From NCBI GenBank assembly GCA_003565555.1, contig PXBH01000145.1, forward strand, positions 9,334-73,333: a stretch of 64,000 nt of DNA, given 5' to 3'. Of the stretch, positions 20,832 to 31,300 are shown one piece after another. The stretch comes from Cryomorphaceae bacterium (GTDB taxonomy: Bacteria; Bacteroidota; Bacteroidia; Flavobacteriales_D; Cryomorphaceae). The notes under the pieces are model-generated. The model saw only the letters and a program-made list of their open reading frames with translations, made no database searches and was not told the origin of the DNA. The position numbers and the translations under genes were made by a program. Within the stretch, counting starts at the first letter, position 1; each line of letters starts with the position of its first letter.

Positions 20832-22376
20832 ATGAAGCCCTCCACCGACCTTTTCGATTTGGTAAAATCACTGACGAAAAGTGAAAAACGTTTCTTCAAA
20901 CTGTCATCCTCCCTGCAGCAGGGAGACAAAAATTACCTCAAAATTTTTGACTGCATTGAGGATATGGAGGTGTACGATGAGGAATACCTCAAGGAACAAT
21001 ACAACGGAGAGAATTTCATAAAACACCTTCCCTCCGAAAAAAATCATCTCTATAAGCTCATTCTGAAAAGTCTCAGGGCCTATCATGCAGACAACTCGGT
21101 GAGCAGCGTCCTTAAGCAGGAGCTCAAGAACATCGAGATTCTTTACAAGAAAGCGCTTTTCAAAGAGTGCAATAAGTTCTTGGTCCGCGCCAAGAAAATT
21201 GCCGTGGATTACGAAAAATTCTACTATCTCTTTGAGTTGCTTTCGTGGGAAAAAATCCTCCTGGAAGAAGCTTATGAATCGGGAGAGTTCAGTAAGGATA
21301 TAGATGCGCTGATTAAAGAGGAGCAGGAAGTGATCGAAAAGCTGAGAAATCTGGCTGCATACCACGTGCTCTACTCAAAAATTAACTACGTATTTCGCAG
21401 CGGAGGTTACGTACGCAATGAAAGTGACAGGGCATTGGTTGAGGAAATTTCCCACCATCCCTTAATCATCGGTCGCAACACGGCACTGAGCTATCGAGCG
21501 GCAACAATTTGTTATTACATTCAGGGGTTTTGTGCTACGGCCAATGTCGACCAAGAGACTGCAATCACCAAATTCTTGAAGGTAAAGGAGATACTGGACA
21601 GTAATCCGTTGATTCGAAAGGATCTGCCTCAGAGGTATATGCGAACGCTCAGCAATATCATCGTACTGCAGATCGATATGGGAAAACTCTCCGAAGCAGA
21701 AAAGACGGTGAATGTCATGCGCGAAATGTCGAAGAAAGCCAACTTCGATACGGACGACATCGCCGCCCTAACATTTCGCGCCACGCATTTGGCCGGTATC
21801 AGAATTTGCGAAAGCACAGGTGACTACGAGGGGGCAATGGCTGTGGCCGAAAAAGTAAAGGATGTGCTTGAGAACGGAAAGATCAGAATGAACAAGGAGC
21901 ACGAGCTTCACTTTCTGAATAGTCTGGCGTCAGTTTATTTCGGAGCGGGAATGTATAAGGAGTCTTTGCAATGGCTCAACCGCGTACTTAATGACAATGA
22001 GACCAACCTTCGGCAAGATATCTACAGCTTTTCTCGACTCTTTAATTTGGTGGTACACTATGAGTTGGGAAATTATGACTTGCTGGAGTATGTCATCAAG
22101 TCTACCTTTCGGTACCTCAGTAAGCGGCGCCGTGACCATGCCCTCGAAGTGACCATTCTCAACTACATGCGGAAGCTGGCCCGAAACAAGAAGAAGACTG
22201 ACGAAAAAGGGATTTTCGTATCTTTTGCAGAGGAGCTCGATACCTGTCTGAAAACCGAGACTGACCGCACCATCCTTGCGCACTTCAATTATCCCGCTTG
22301 GATTCAGTCAAAGCTTTCGGGAAAGACTTTTGCCGAGCAAATCAGGGCGCAACACAGCGAGACGGTTAAGGCATAA
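20832..22376 (+). CDS. Hypothetical protein, predicted all-helical and TPR-like
   Basis: 514-aa ORF with protein-like composition and no signal peptide. I recognise no motif. Confidence 0.8.
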   Translation: MKPSTDLFDLVKSLTKSEKRFFKLSSSLQQGDKNYLKIFDCIEDMEVYDEEYLKEQYNGENFIKHLPSEKNHLYKLILKSLRAYHADNSVSSVLKQELKNIEILYKKALFKECNKFLVRAKKIAVDYEKFYYLFELLSWEKILLEEAYESGEFSKDIDALIKEEQEVIEKLRNLAAYHVLYSKINYVFRSGGYVRNESDRALVEEISHHPLIIGRNTALSYRAATICYYIQGFCATANVDQETAITKFLKVKEILDSNPLIRKDLPQRYMRTLSNIIVLQIDMGKLSEAEKTVNVMREMSKKANFDTDDIAALTFRATHLAGIRICESTGDYEGAMAVAEKVKDVLENGKIRMNKEHELHFLNSLASVYFGAGMYKESLQWLNRVLNDNETNLRQDIYSFSRLFNLVVHYELGNYDLLEYVIKSTFRYLSKRRRDHALEVTILNYMRKLARNKKKTDEKGIFVSFAEELDTCLKTETDRTILAHFNYPAWIQSKLSGKTFAEQIRAQHSETVKA

Positions 22377-22406
22377 AAAAAACCCCGCAGCTTGCGCGCG
22401 GGGTTT
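22375..22406. terminator. Bidirectional terminator shared by two convergent genes
   Basis: A8 run, GC hairpin ccccgc / gcgggg, then TTT. On the minus strand the hairpin is followed by T8. Confidence 0.75.
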
Positions 22407-22433
22407 CAATCATTTCGGGCGGTCAGGTAATCG

Positions 22434-24389
22434 TCAAAGCTGTTTACTCTCCAATACGATAAATTCTGTCCTTCTGTTTTCTTGGTGCAGTTCTTCGCTG
22501 CACTCCACGCCCGTGCGGCAGTGATTCACGGGCTGCGCTTTGCCGAAGCCCTTTGCCTTTAATCGGTTTTTCGAGATTCCTTCCGATACCAAGAAGTCCA
22601 CTACGGACTGTGCCCTCCGATTGGACAACCCTAAGTTATATGCTTGGCTCCCGCGCGCATCGCAGTGTGCCTGAATTTCGATGGCTATTCCGGGATTGTC
22701 ATTGAGCAGCCGCACAAGTTTGTTCAGAACAGGTTTGGCATCGCTGCGGATGGCAGCATCGTCGTAATCGTAGAAAACCTCTCCGATATCATAGGTCTTT
22801 TTCGCAGTTTCACTTCCGTCATCGGGGGTTCCGCTTCCTGTTCCGCTTTTGCTCTCAACGATTTCGTCAATTTCAAAATTGAAATCGATTTTCTTCTCAA
22901 CCGACTGTGTCCCTGTCTCGAATTCTTCCGAAAGGTTGAAATACCCTTCTTTTTCGCCTTTTACCGTGTACTTGCTGTTCGGGAGCAGGTTGAATTTAAA
23001 CTTACCCTCTTCATCTGTGGTGATACGGGCCGTATCGCCGTCAGTGTGATTGATCAGGGTGATGGTAACCCCGTCTATGGGCAATTGATCCGTCTTAAGT
23101 GCGGCTATGCCCTCTAAAATAAAGATAGGGGGCATTTGAATGAAGCTGTATATCATATCCTCTCCCGAACGGTTGGAGGATACATACCCGGTGGTGTCAT
23201 TGTCATTGAAAATAATGGCGAAATCGTCTTGACTGGAGTTCAGGGGGTAGGCCAGATTGACAGGTTTTGACCAGATGCCGCCTTTGGACTCCGTCACAAA
23301 TACGTCGAGACCTCCCAAAGTGACGTGGCCTTCACTGGAAAAGTAAAGTCTGTCGTCATTTCCCACGGAAGGAAAGACTTCATTCCCGGGAGTATTGATC
23401 ACATTTCCCAAATTGATCGGCTCCGACCAGCTTTCACCGTCATAGGTCGATTTGTAGATGTCGGATCCGCCGTAACCACCCGGCATATTGCTCGAAAAGT
23501 AGAGTGTTTTTCCGTCCTTGCTCAGGGCGGGATGTCCTACGCTGTAATCCGGACTGTTAAAAGGAAGTTCTTTCGGCGCTGACCACTTTCCGTCCTTTTT
23601 CTCGCTTTGATAAAGGTAGAATTGGTTCTCCCGGTCCTCATTAAGAAGCTGTTTTTTCTCATTCTTCATCGCGCTCCGCGTGTAGATGATCATATCCTGC
23701 TCCTTATTGAATACCGCCGGTCCGTCGTGAAATCTCCCGTTCAGCGTCTCGTCGAAGGGTACGGGGATATCCCAGTTGCCGTTGGCGTCTTTTTCCAAAT
23801 AGTAGAGGTCGAGGTAGGAGTATCCCGTCCAAGGGTTCGTTGATGCAGCACTCGTAATTTCCGTTTCGGCGGCAAAGACGATTCCCTTGCCGTAGTGGGC
23901 AGGGCCGAACATGGAAACGACCACATCCAAAGGAAGAGGTTTAAGTTGGTAAGCGGACGTGTCTTCTTTCAACTCATCCACCGTTTGGGTGGAGGCCAAG
24001 AGGTCATTCGCCAGACGGTTATCAGGGTTTGAAGCCACATACTTTTCAAGTATGGCGGCCGCCTCATCGTATTTGTTGTTTTTCATCAACACCTGAGCGT
24101 AGCGCACCTTATCATCGCCTTGGAGACCTTCAGATTCCTGCACCTCTCTGTAATAGTTTTCAGCTTCGGGAGAGTTGTTCAGGTTTCGGTGTGCATCAGC
24201 CAGCTTAAGTTTGACTTCGTTGTTGTCAGGCTGTCTTTTCAGTGCCTTCTCATAGTTGTTCACGGCCTTTGAGTAGCTCAGGTTGTCGTACATCTTGTCG
24301 CCTGTTTTGATGCGGCTGTTTGCACAGCCTGCAATAATGCCGACCAGAAGCGCGAAAACAATAGTTTGGGGGGAGGTCAATAATCTCAT
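22434..24389 (-). CDS. OmpA-family protein with N-terminal TPR, TolB-like beta-propeller and carboxypeptidase-regulatory-like domains
   Basis: 651 aa. The signal/lipobox region reads LLVGIIAGC. PD40-like strands include DGKTLYFSS and NDDRLYFSS. The C-terminal OmpA motif is AHCDARGSQAYNLGLSNRRAQSVVDFL. Confidence 0.9.
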   Translation of the reverse strand: MRLLTSPQTIVFALLVGIIAGCANSRIKTGDKMYDNLSYSKAVNNYEKALKRQPDNNEVKLKLADAHRNLNNSPEAENYYREVQESEGLQGDDKVRYAQVLMKNNKYDEAAAILEKYVASNPDNRLANDLLASTQTVDELKEDTSAYQLKPLPLDVVVSMFGPAHYGKGIVFAAETEITSAASTNPWTGYSYLDLYYLEKDANGNWDIPVPFDETLNGRFHDGPAVFNKEQDMIIYTRSAMKNEKKQLLNEDRENQFYLYQSEKKDGKWSAPKELPFNSPDYSVGHPALSKDGKTLYFSSNMPGGYGGSDIYKSTYDGESWSEPINLGNVINTPGNEVFPSVGNDDRLYFSSEGHVTLGGLDVFVTESKGGIWSKPVNLAYPLNSSQDDFAIIFNDNDTTGYVSSNRSGEDMIYSFIQMPPIFILEGIAALKTDQLPIDGVTITLINHTDGDTARITTDEEGKFKFNLLPNSKYTVKGEKEGYFNLSEEFETGTQSVEKKIDFNFEIDEIVESKSGTGSGTPDDGSETAKKTYDIGEVFYDYDDAAIRSDAKPVLNKLVRLLNDNPGIAIEIQAHCDARGSQAYNLGLSNRRAQSVVDFLVSEGISKNRLKAKGFGKAQPVNHCRTGVECSEELHQENRRTEFIVLESKQL

Positions 24390-24403
24390 TGTGGGAGCTT
24401 TAT

Positions 24404-25345
24404 TTAGAAGTAACGGGGAGATTTTGTTTTAACGGGGTCTCTTCCGAATTTATAGCTCAACATCACTTCGTGGGTGTGGCCCACAAAGGTGCTGATTTCA
24501 GATGTTGTAAGGTCATATGCATATCCTACGCGAAAGTCGTCTAAAACGTTATACTCCAAGAGCAAGATTACAGCATCTCCGGTGCGGTAAGAAGCTCCGA
24601 TCCAAAACGTGTCCCGCCACAATAGGTTACAGTTTAAGTCGGCTTGAAGGGGAACATTGTTCAGGTACCTCACGAGAAAAGACGGTTTAATCTTGATGTC
24701 TTTGCTCGCCTCGAATACATATCCGGCGGTGAGGTAGGTGTGGGGCTGAAAATAGCGATCGCTCGTCTCGTTGACATTAAATCGGATGTTGTTGTCTGCC
24801 GCGAAAATGGTCGGAACGCTCAATCCCGCATACCACTTCTTGGAATACAGATACACGCCCGCACCGAATTTGGGCACAAAGGCATTCCCGATATTATCTT
24901 GAAAAACCGGGTCTCCGGCATCAAATACAGTGGTCTCGCTCAAGTTGGCAGAGTAGTCTGAGAAGCCCGCGCGCAGACCGAAGCTCAGCTTTGTTTTTCC
25001 GCTTGGGTCTAAAAACAGGTGGTAACTCCAGTTGGCAAAGACCTCCGTCTGACGGGTGTCACCGATGCGGTCGTTAATCACGGTAAGACCCAAACCCATC
25101 GTCTCATTCGCTATGGGTCCCTCCACACCGAAAGTTTGGGTGGAAGGAGCACCGTCCATACCCGTCCATTGGGTACGGTGCAGAGCGGTGGCTTCCGCAA
25201 ACTTGTGCGAACCCACGTATGCCGGGTTGATGAACATGCCGTTGAACATGTACTGACTGATCAGCATTTCTTGTTGGGCCGCCGCCTCAGTGGTCAACAG
25301 CGCTGCCGCGGCAATAAAGAGCGTTCGTTTCATGAAGTAGCGCAT
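24404..25345 (-). CDS. PorP/SprF-family type IX secretion system membrane protein
   Basis: 313 aa. After the signal peptide it reads QQEMLISQYMFNGMFINPAYVGS, the typical PorP/SprF N-terminus. It starts 4 nt after the stop of the upstream giant gene. An alternative ATG lies at 25333. Confidence 0.9.
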   Translation of the reverse strand: MRYFMKRTLFIAAAALLTTEAAAQQEMLISQYMFNGMFINPAYVGSHKFAEATALHRTQWTGMDGAPSTQTFGVEGPIANETMGLGLTVINDRIGDTRQTEVFANWSYHLFLDPSGKTKLSFGLRAGFSDYSANLSETTVFDAGDPVFQDNIGNAFVPKFGAGVYLYSKKWYAGLSVPTIFAADNNIRFNVNETSDRYFQPHTYLTAGYVFEASKDIKIKPSFLVRYLNNVPLQADLNCNLLWRDTFWIGASYRTGDAVILLLEYNVLDDFRVGYAYDLTTSEISTFVGHTHEVMLSYKFGRDPVKTKSPRYF

Positions 25346-25349
25346 CGTA

Positions 25350-28300
25350 TTATCTTCTTAATTCGAGGTATCCGCGCAGTGCATCGCGGTCTCTGATTTC
25401 CAATACAACAAAGTAGGTGCCTTCCGGCAAATTCTCTCCGCTGTTGTTTGTGCCCATCCAGGGCGTATCGTTGGTGTAGTTGTCTTCTTCGTAGAGGATA
25501 TTTCCCCATCTGTTGAATATCATGATGCGGTTGTTCGGGAAATCTTCCAACCCGCGTACAATCAATCCGTCGTTAAAGCCGTCGCCGTTCGGCGATATTC
25601 CGTTCGGCAACTGCAAAGGCACAGGTTGGGTCAGGGTGACTGAGGCCGTGTCGGTGCAGCCGCGGGCATCTGTGACCACAAGGGTGTAATCTCCGGCCTC
25701 CAGACCCCCCAGCTCACCGTCGCCCGTGAAAGTGAAGTCGCCCGGTCCCGTCCAGCTGAAGTTATAGGGCATCGTGCCCCCTTCCGCTTCCGGGCGGTTG
25801 ATGACGCCGTCTGATCCTCCGAAGTTTTGCACATTGAAGCCGTTATTGTACAGAGGGCTCACGAGTTCCTGAATCTCCAATGGATCTGGTGAAGTGACCG
25901 AGATGCTGTCTTCGACGATGCAGCCGTTGGCATCAAGGCCCGTTACAATATATGTGCCCGCACCTAAGCCAAGTATTTCTTCGCCGGTAGCGGAGAAACC
26001 GTCAGGGCCTTCCCAAGTGAATAATACAGGGGCCTCACCGCCGGTCACTTCGAGTGTGATCGAACCGTTCTCATCGCCGAAACAGTCGGGCTCAGTCACC
26101 GAGGCATCAAAGGCGAGTTCATTAACGGCATCGATGGTGTAAGTCGCTTCGGCGGTACATCCGTTTTCATCGGTTACCGTCACGGAGTAGGTCCCTTCGC
26201 CCACGTTGATCAGGTTTTGCGATTCTTCCCCGGTAGTCCAAAGGAAACTGTAAGGTGGTGTGCCGCCCGTCACTGCTATGGTGATGATGCCTGATTCGGC
26301 ATCACAGTCTGCGGGGGTCACGGTGCCTTCAATTACAATTTCGATTCCGTCCTCCAATGTGATTTCCCCCTCCGAGGTACATCCGTTCACATCGGTCGAT
26401 ACATAAGTGTACTCGCCTGCGGGCAAATCAGAGAGGAAGAAGTCGCCGGAAGTGAACCCGTCCGGTCCTTCCCATGCGATCTGGTACGGGGAGGATCCCC
26501 CGGATGCGAGGACTTGAATTTCCCCGGTCTCCCCGTTGAAGCAATCGATCTCAGTAACGGAGACCACTTCCGTTTCAAACGGAAGTTCCGGCTCGGTCAG
26601 GGTGACATTGATCGTAAAGGTGCAGCTGTTTGCATCTTCGATGATCAGGCTGTATTCCCCGGGTCCGAGGTTGTCAATATCGGCGGTCTCGGCAGTAAAA
26701 TCATTTGGCCCCAACCAAGTGAAGTTGTAAGGAGGCGTTCCTCCTTGGGTGGTTACGGTCACACTTCCGTTTTCATCGCCTTCGCAACCGATGTTGTCGC
26801 CTGAGGGAAATTCTGAAACCTCTGCAACGGCCGTAAGGGGGGCTTCAGGAGCAGTGAGGGTAATCTCGGCTGAAGCCTCACACCCGGTTCCGTCCGTTAC
26901 CGTGAGGCTGTAGGTGCCGGGGGCCAAGTCCTGCAGGTCGGGTTGATCAGATGTAAACCCGTCAGGACCCGTCCAGCTGTAGCTCAGCCCGTCGATCCCG
27001 CCGCTGACTTCCGTGTTGATTACGCCGTTATCAAATCCGAAACAGCTGATTTCCGTGCCGCCGCCGAATACGGGGCTCTCCAAATCGATCGCGATCGGGT
27101 CGGGCCGTGTGATGACCACGGTGATGACTTGTTCGCAGCCGTTGCCGTCGGTGACTGTCAGGGTGTAGCTTCCGTGGCAGAGGTCCTCGAGAACGGTTAG
27201 GTCTGATTCGAAATTTCCGGGTCCTACCCATGCCACTTCAAAGGGACCCGTTCCGTCTGTGATATTTACACTGAGCGATGCATCACAAGCGTCACCGCAG
27301 CCGGTGTTGAATCCGTTCGGATAGGTGAAGATGTCCACATCTACCGTGGCGCCCTCAGCTTCGATCAGTTCTGTGCAGACTTCTTCCGTGCAGCCGTTCG
27401 CATCGGTCACCGTGAGGCAGTAGGTTCCCGCGAAAAGGTTTTGAATGTTTGGAGATGGCGAGAAAAACCCGTCCGGACCCGACCAGCTGTAGGTGTATCC
27501 GGGCGTACCTCCCGAGACCTCTGAAACGATGGCACCCGAGGCCTCACCCGCGCAAACAATGTTTACGCCGTTCTCCTCTTCGGGAATCAGGTTCAAGCTC
27601 AGCGGAGCGGGCTCTTCCACGTCAAAGCAAGCGGTCACCGTGCAGCCGTTGAGATCGGTCACCAAGGCGCAGTATTCTCCGGCCGCAAGCTGCGATATCG
27701 TGCTGCCCGTACCGGTGAATCCGTCGGGTCCTGTCCAGGCGATGTTGTATGCGGGAACACCGCCCGACACTGATGCTGATACGCTTCCGTCTTCACTTCC
27801 TGCGCAAAGGGCATCCGCTCCCGTGAAGCTCACTGCGAGCGGAGCGGGTTCGGTCAGGGTGATGCACGACGACCCGCTGCAGCCGTTTTCATCGGTCACT
27901 TCCAGGCAATAGGTACCCGCAGCGAGGTTTTCGAGCGGCCCCGGTTGATCACTGATCAGGTTGTCCGCACCGTCGATCCAGGCGTAGTCGAGGGCGCCTT
28001 CTCCCCCCGTTATGATGGCGTTGATGCTGCCCGTGTTTTCGCCGTTGCAGGCGATATTAAATCCTCCCGGAAAAATCGGAGACTCGAGGGTGACGAATAC
28101 GGCGGGAGGGAATTCTACATTTACCGTGAGGGTTTCTTCGCAGCCGTTGGCGTCTGTAATGATCACCGTGTAGCTGCCCTCCGGCAGGGCTACGGAAGCC
28201 GTGGATTGACCGCTGCTCCAGTTGAACGTATAGGGCGGAGTTCCCCCGGTTACATTCAGGGTCACATCGGCTGTTTCGGCATCGCCGCAATCCGGGGCGT

Positions 28301-31300
28301 CCACGTCCGCAACCGCTTGCAGCGCTTCGGGCGACTCGATGGTTGCACAGAGGGTCTCTTCGCATCCGTTTGTATCGGTTACCGTGAGGCAGTATGTGCC
28401 TTCCGGCAAATCAGTAATGTCTGCGGTAGCGGCCGTAAACCCGTTCGGTCCGGACCATTCATAAGTATAAGGCGCACTGCCTCCGCTCACGGTTGACAGG
28501 ATAAAGCCGTCGGCCTCATCCTCACAACTCGTTCCGAAACCTCCCTCAAAGGAGGAAGCGGTGAGCACGACATCTAATACCTGAGGCGCTTCAAGTGAAA
28601 TGCAAGCCTCTGCGGTACAGCCTTCGGCATCGGTTACGGTAAGGCAGTACAGCCCCGCTCCGATGTTTTCAATGTCTTGGGTGGCAGCGGTGAAGCCGTC
28701 CGGCCCTGTCCATGCGAAGTCATAGGGAGCCGCCCCGCCGCTCACGGCGGCTGTAATGCTTCCGTCTTCATCACCTTGGCAGAGCAAACCTTCAGACACT
28801 TCAAGATTGAGTTCGATTTCGGGTGCGGCGATCAGCTCTGTACAAGCTTCAGCGGTGCATCCGTTCGCGTCGGTCACCGTAAGGCAGTAGGTGCCTTCAA
28901 CCAAGTCGCTGATATCGGCGGTGCTCGCAGTGAAATTTCCGGGGCCGGTCCAGCTGTAATTGAAAGGAGGGGTTCCGCCGTTCACCTCGGAGGTGATCGA
29001 CCCGTCCTCCGCTCCGCCGCAACTCAGGTTGCCGCCGTTGGGGTATACAAAGGGTATCAGCCCCGCAGTCAACGGTTCCGGTGCCTCCAAAGTGATACAG
29101 GCCGATTCGGTGCAGTCATTGACGTCTGTCACATCCACGCAGTAGGTGCCTGCGGGAAGATCGAACAGGTCTTCGTCGGTGCTTGTGAAGCCGTCGGGAC
29201 CGGTCCAAGCGATGTCGTAGGGACCTGTATTGCCGGAAATGATCAGGTTCACGGCGCCGTCCGCTGCTCCTTCGCAAGAGATATTGCTACCGTTGATCAC
29301 TTCCGCAATCAGCTGAATGCTGAAAGCCGGCGGCTCGTTTATTTCTACGGCCTCGGAAAAGGTACATCCGTTGGCATCCTGAATCAGCACGCTGTACTCG
29401 CCCGCGGGAAGGTCTGTGATCGGATTGTCAAATACAGGTCCGAAACCGCCGGCCCCGATCCACAGGAAGGTGTACCCGGGCGTTCCGCCGGAAGGAACCG
29501 CGTTAATGCTCCCGTCGGTTTCTCCGTTGCAGCTGATGTTGAATCCATTGTCGTATTCACTCAGCTCGAATTCAACCGCGAGCGTATCGGGACCGATCAC
29601 TTCGATGAATTCGTTTTCTACACAGCCGTTGTCATCGATCAGCACCACTTCATAGGTCCCCGGTCCTACATTCGATACGTTTTGTTGGTTTGAAAAAGCG
29701 GGATTCCCCGGCGTATTCCAAGTGTAGGCATAGGGAGTAACGCCCCCGCCGGGGGTGATGAATATGGCGCCGTCCTGACTGTTCCAGCAGGTGGTATTGA
29801 AGGGGCCGTATTGAGAAATTGAGTCTACCGTGATGGTGAGGTCTTCCGGCTGCACTACGGTAACGGCATCCAGATAGATGCATCCGTTCGCATCCTCTAC
29901 GGTCAGGAAGTAGATTCCTCCCTCGATGTCCTCCAGAGAGGTTCCCGTGCCCGTAAATCCGTTCGGCCCTTCCCATGTCGCCGTGTAGCCCGGTACACCG
30001 CCGAAGATTTCGATGTCGATGCTGCCTTCCGGCGCACCGAAGCAGAGGCTCGGAGTAGTCTCTGCGGTGATGCTGATGGGGTCGGGGGCCGTCAGAGTTA
30101 CGGAAGCATTTTCTTCACAACCGTTGGCATCGGTGACCGTTACGCTGTAGGTTCCGGGTGCCAAGTCCGTGAGGTTCTGCTCTGTTGATGTATCGATTCC
30201 GGGAAGGTTCCAGAGAATGTCGTAAGGCGGTGTCCCGCCCGTAATGTTCAGGTTGATGGTGGCGGTGCTGTCATCGGCACATGCCACGTTGAATCCCCCG
30301 CCGAATTCTGAGGGCAGAAGCTCAATCTCGAGGGGAGTGTCAGGACCTTGGATTTCTACAGTCAGCACCACCGGGGTCTCACAGCCGTTGTTGTCTGTGA
30401 TGGTGACTTCGTATGTCCCGGGCAAGAGGTTTGCCGCTGTCGAGGTTTGCTGTCCTGCCGGGTCGTTCCATTGGTAGCTGTAAGATCCGCTTCCTCCCGT
30501 TCCCGCCACAGTGGCCTGACCGGTCCCGTCACCGAAGCAAAGTACGTCCGTGATGCTGATAATGGTACCTCCCAAGGGTTCGGCGGGCTCGGTGATCTCA
30601 ACGGTGAGTGATGCCGTGCAGCCGTTTGCATCTGTCACTGTTACCGTGTAGCTGCCCGCGGTGAGATCGGTTGCCTCCGTTCCCGTTTGAGCGGCGGGGT
30701 CATTCCACTGAAGATCGTAAGGTTCGGTTCCTCCCGTCAAGTCAACGCTCACGGAACCCGTTGCATCTCCGTTGCAAAGCACGTTTTGAAGTGCCGCAAC
30801 AGAGATCGTAATCGGGTCGGGCGCGGTGAGCTCGGCGGTTGCGGTTTCGGTGCATCCGTTCGCGTCTGTCACGGTTACCGTGTAGCTGCCTTCACCAAGA
30901 TCTGAAAGTGCGGCTCCGGAGGCCGGCGGCGTGGTATTCCAAGTGTAGGAGTACGGAAGGGTGCCCCCGTCTGCTTCTGCGGTCACAGCGCCATCGGTGA
31001 ATCCGCTGCAGGTCGGATCGGTTACATCAAGACTCACGAGCAACTCAGATACAGGTTCGCCGATAGTGATTTCCAGGGTCTCTTCACATCCGTTTGCATC
31101 AACGGCAGTAACCGTGTACGTTCCTGCGGATACATCATTCAGCGCGGGCCCCGCTGTTTCGGGATCCGTATCCCAGCTGTAGGTGAAGGGGGAGGTGCCT
31201 CCCGTAGCGTTCACCGTTACGCTTCCCGTTTCGGCGCCGAAACAGTCGGCATCGCTGATCGAAACCACAGCGATATTGATCGTTGCAGGCTGGCTGATGT

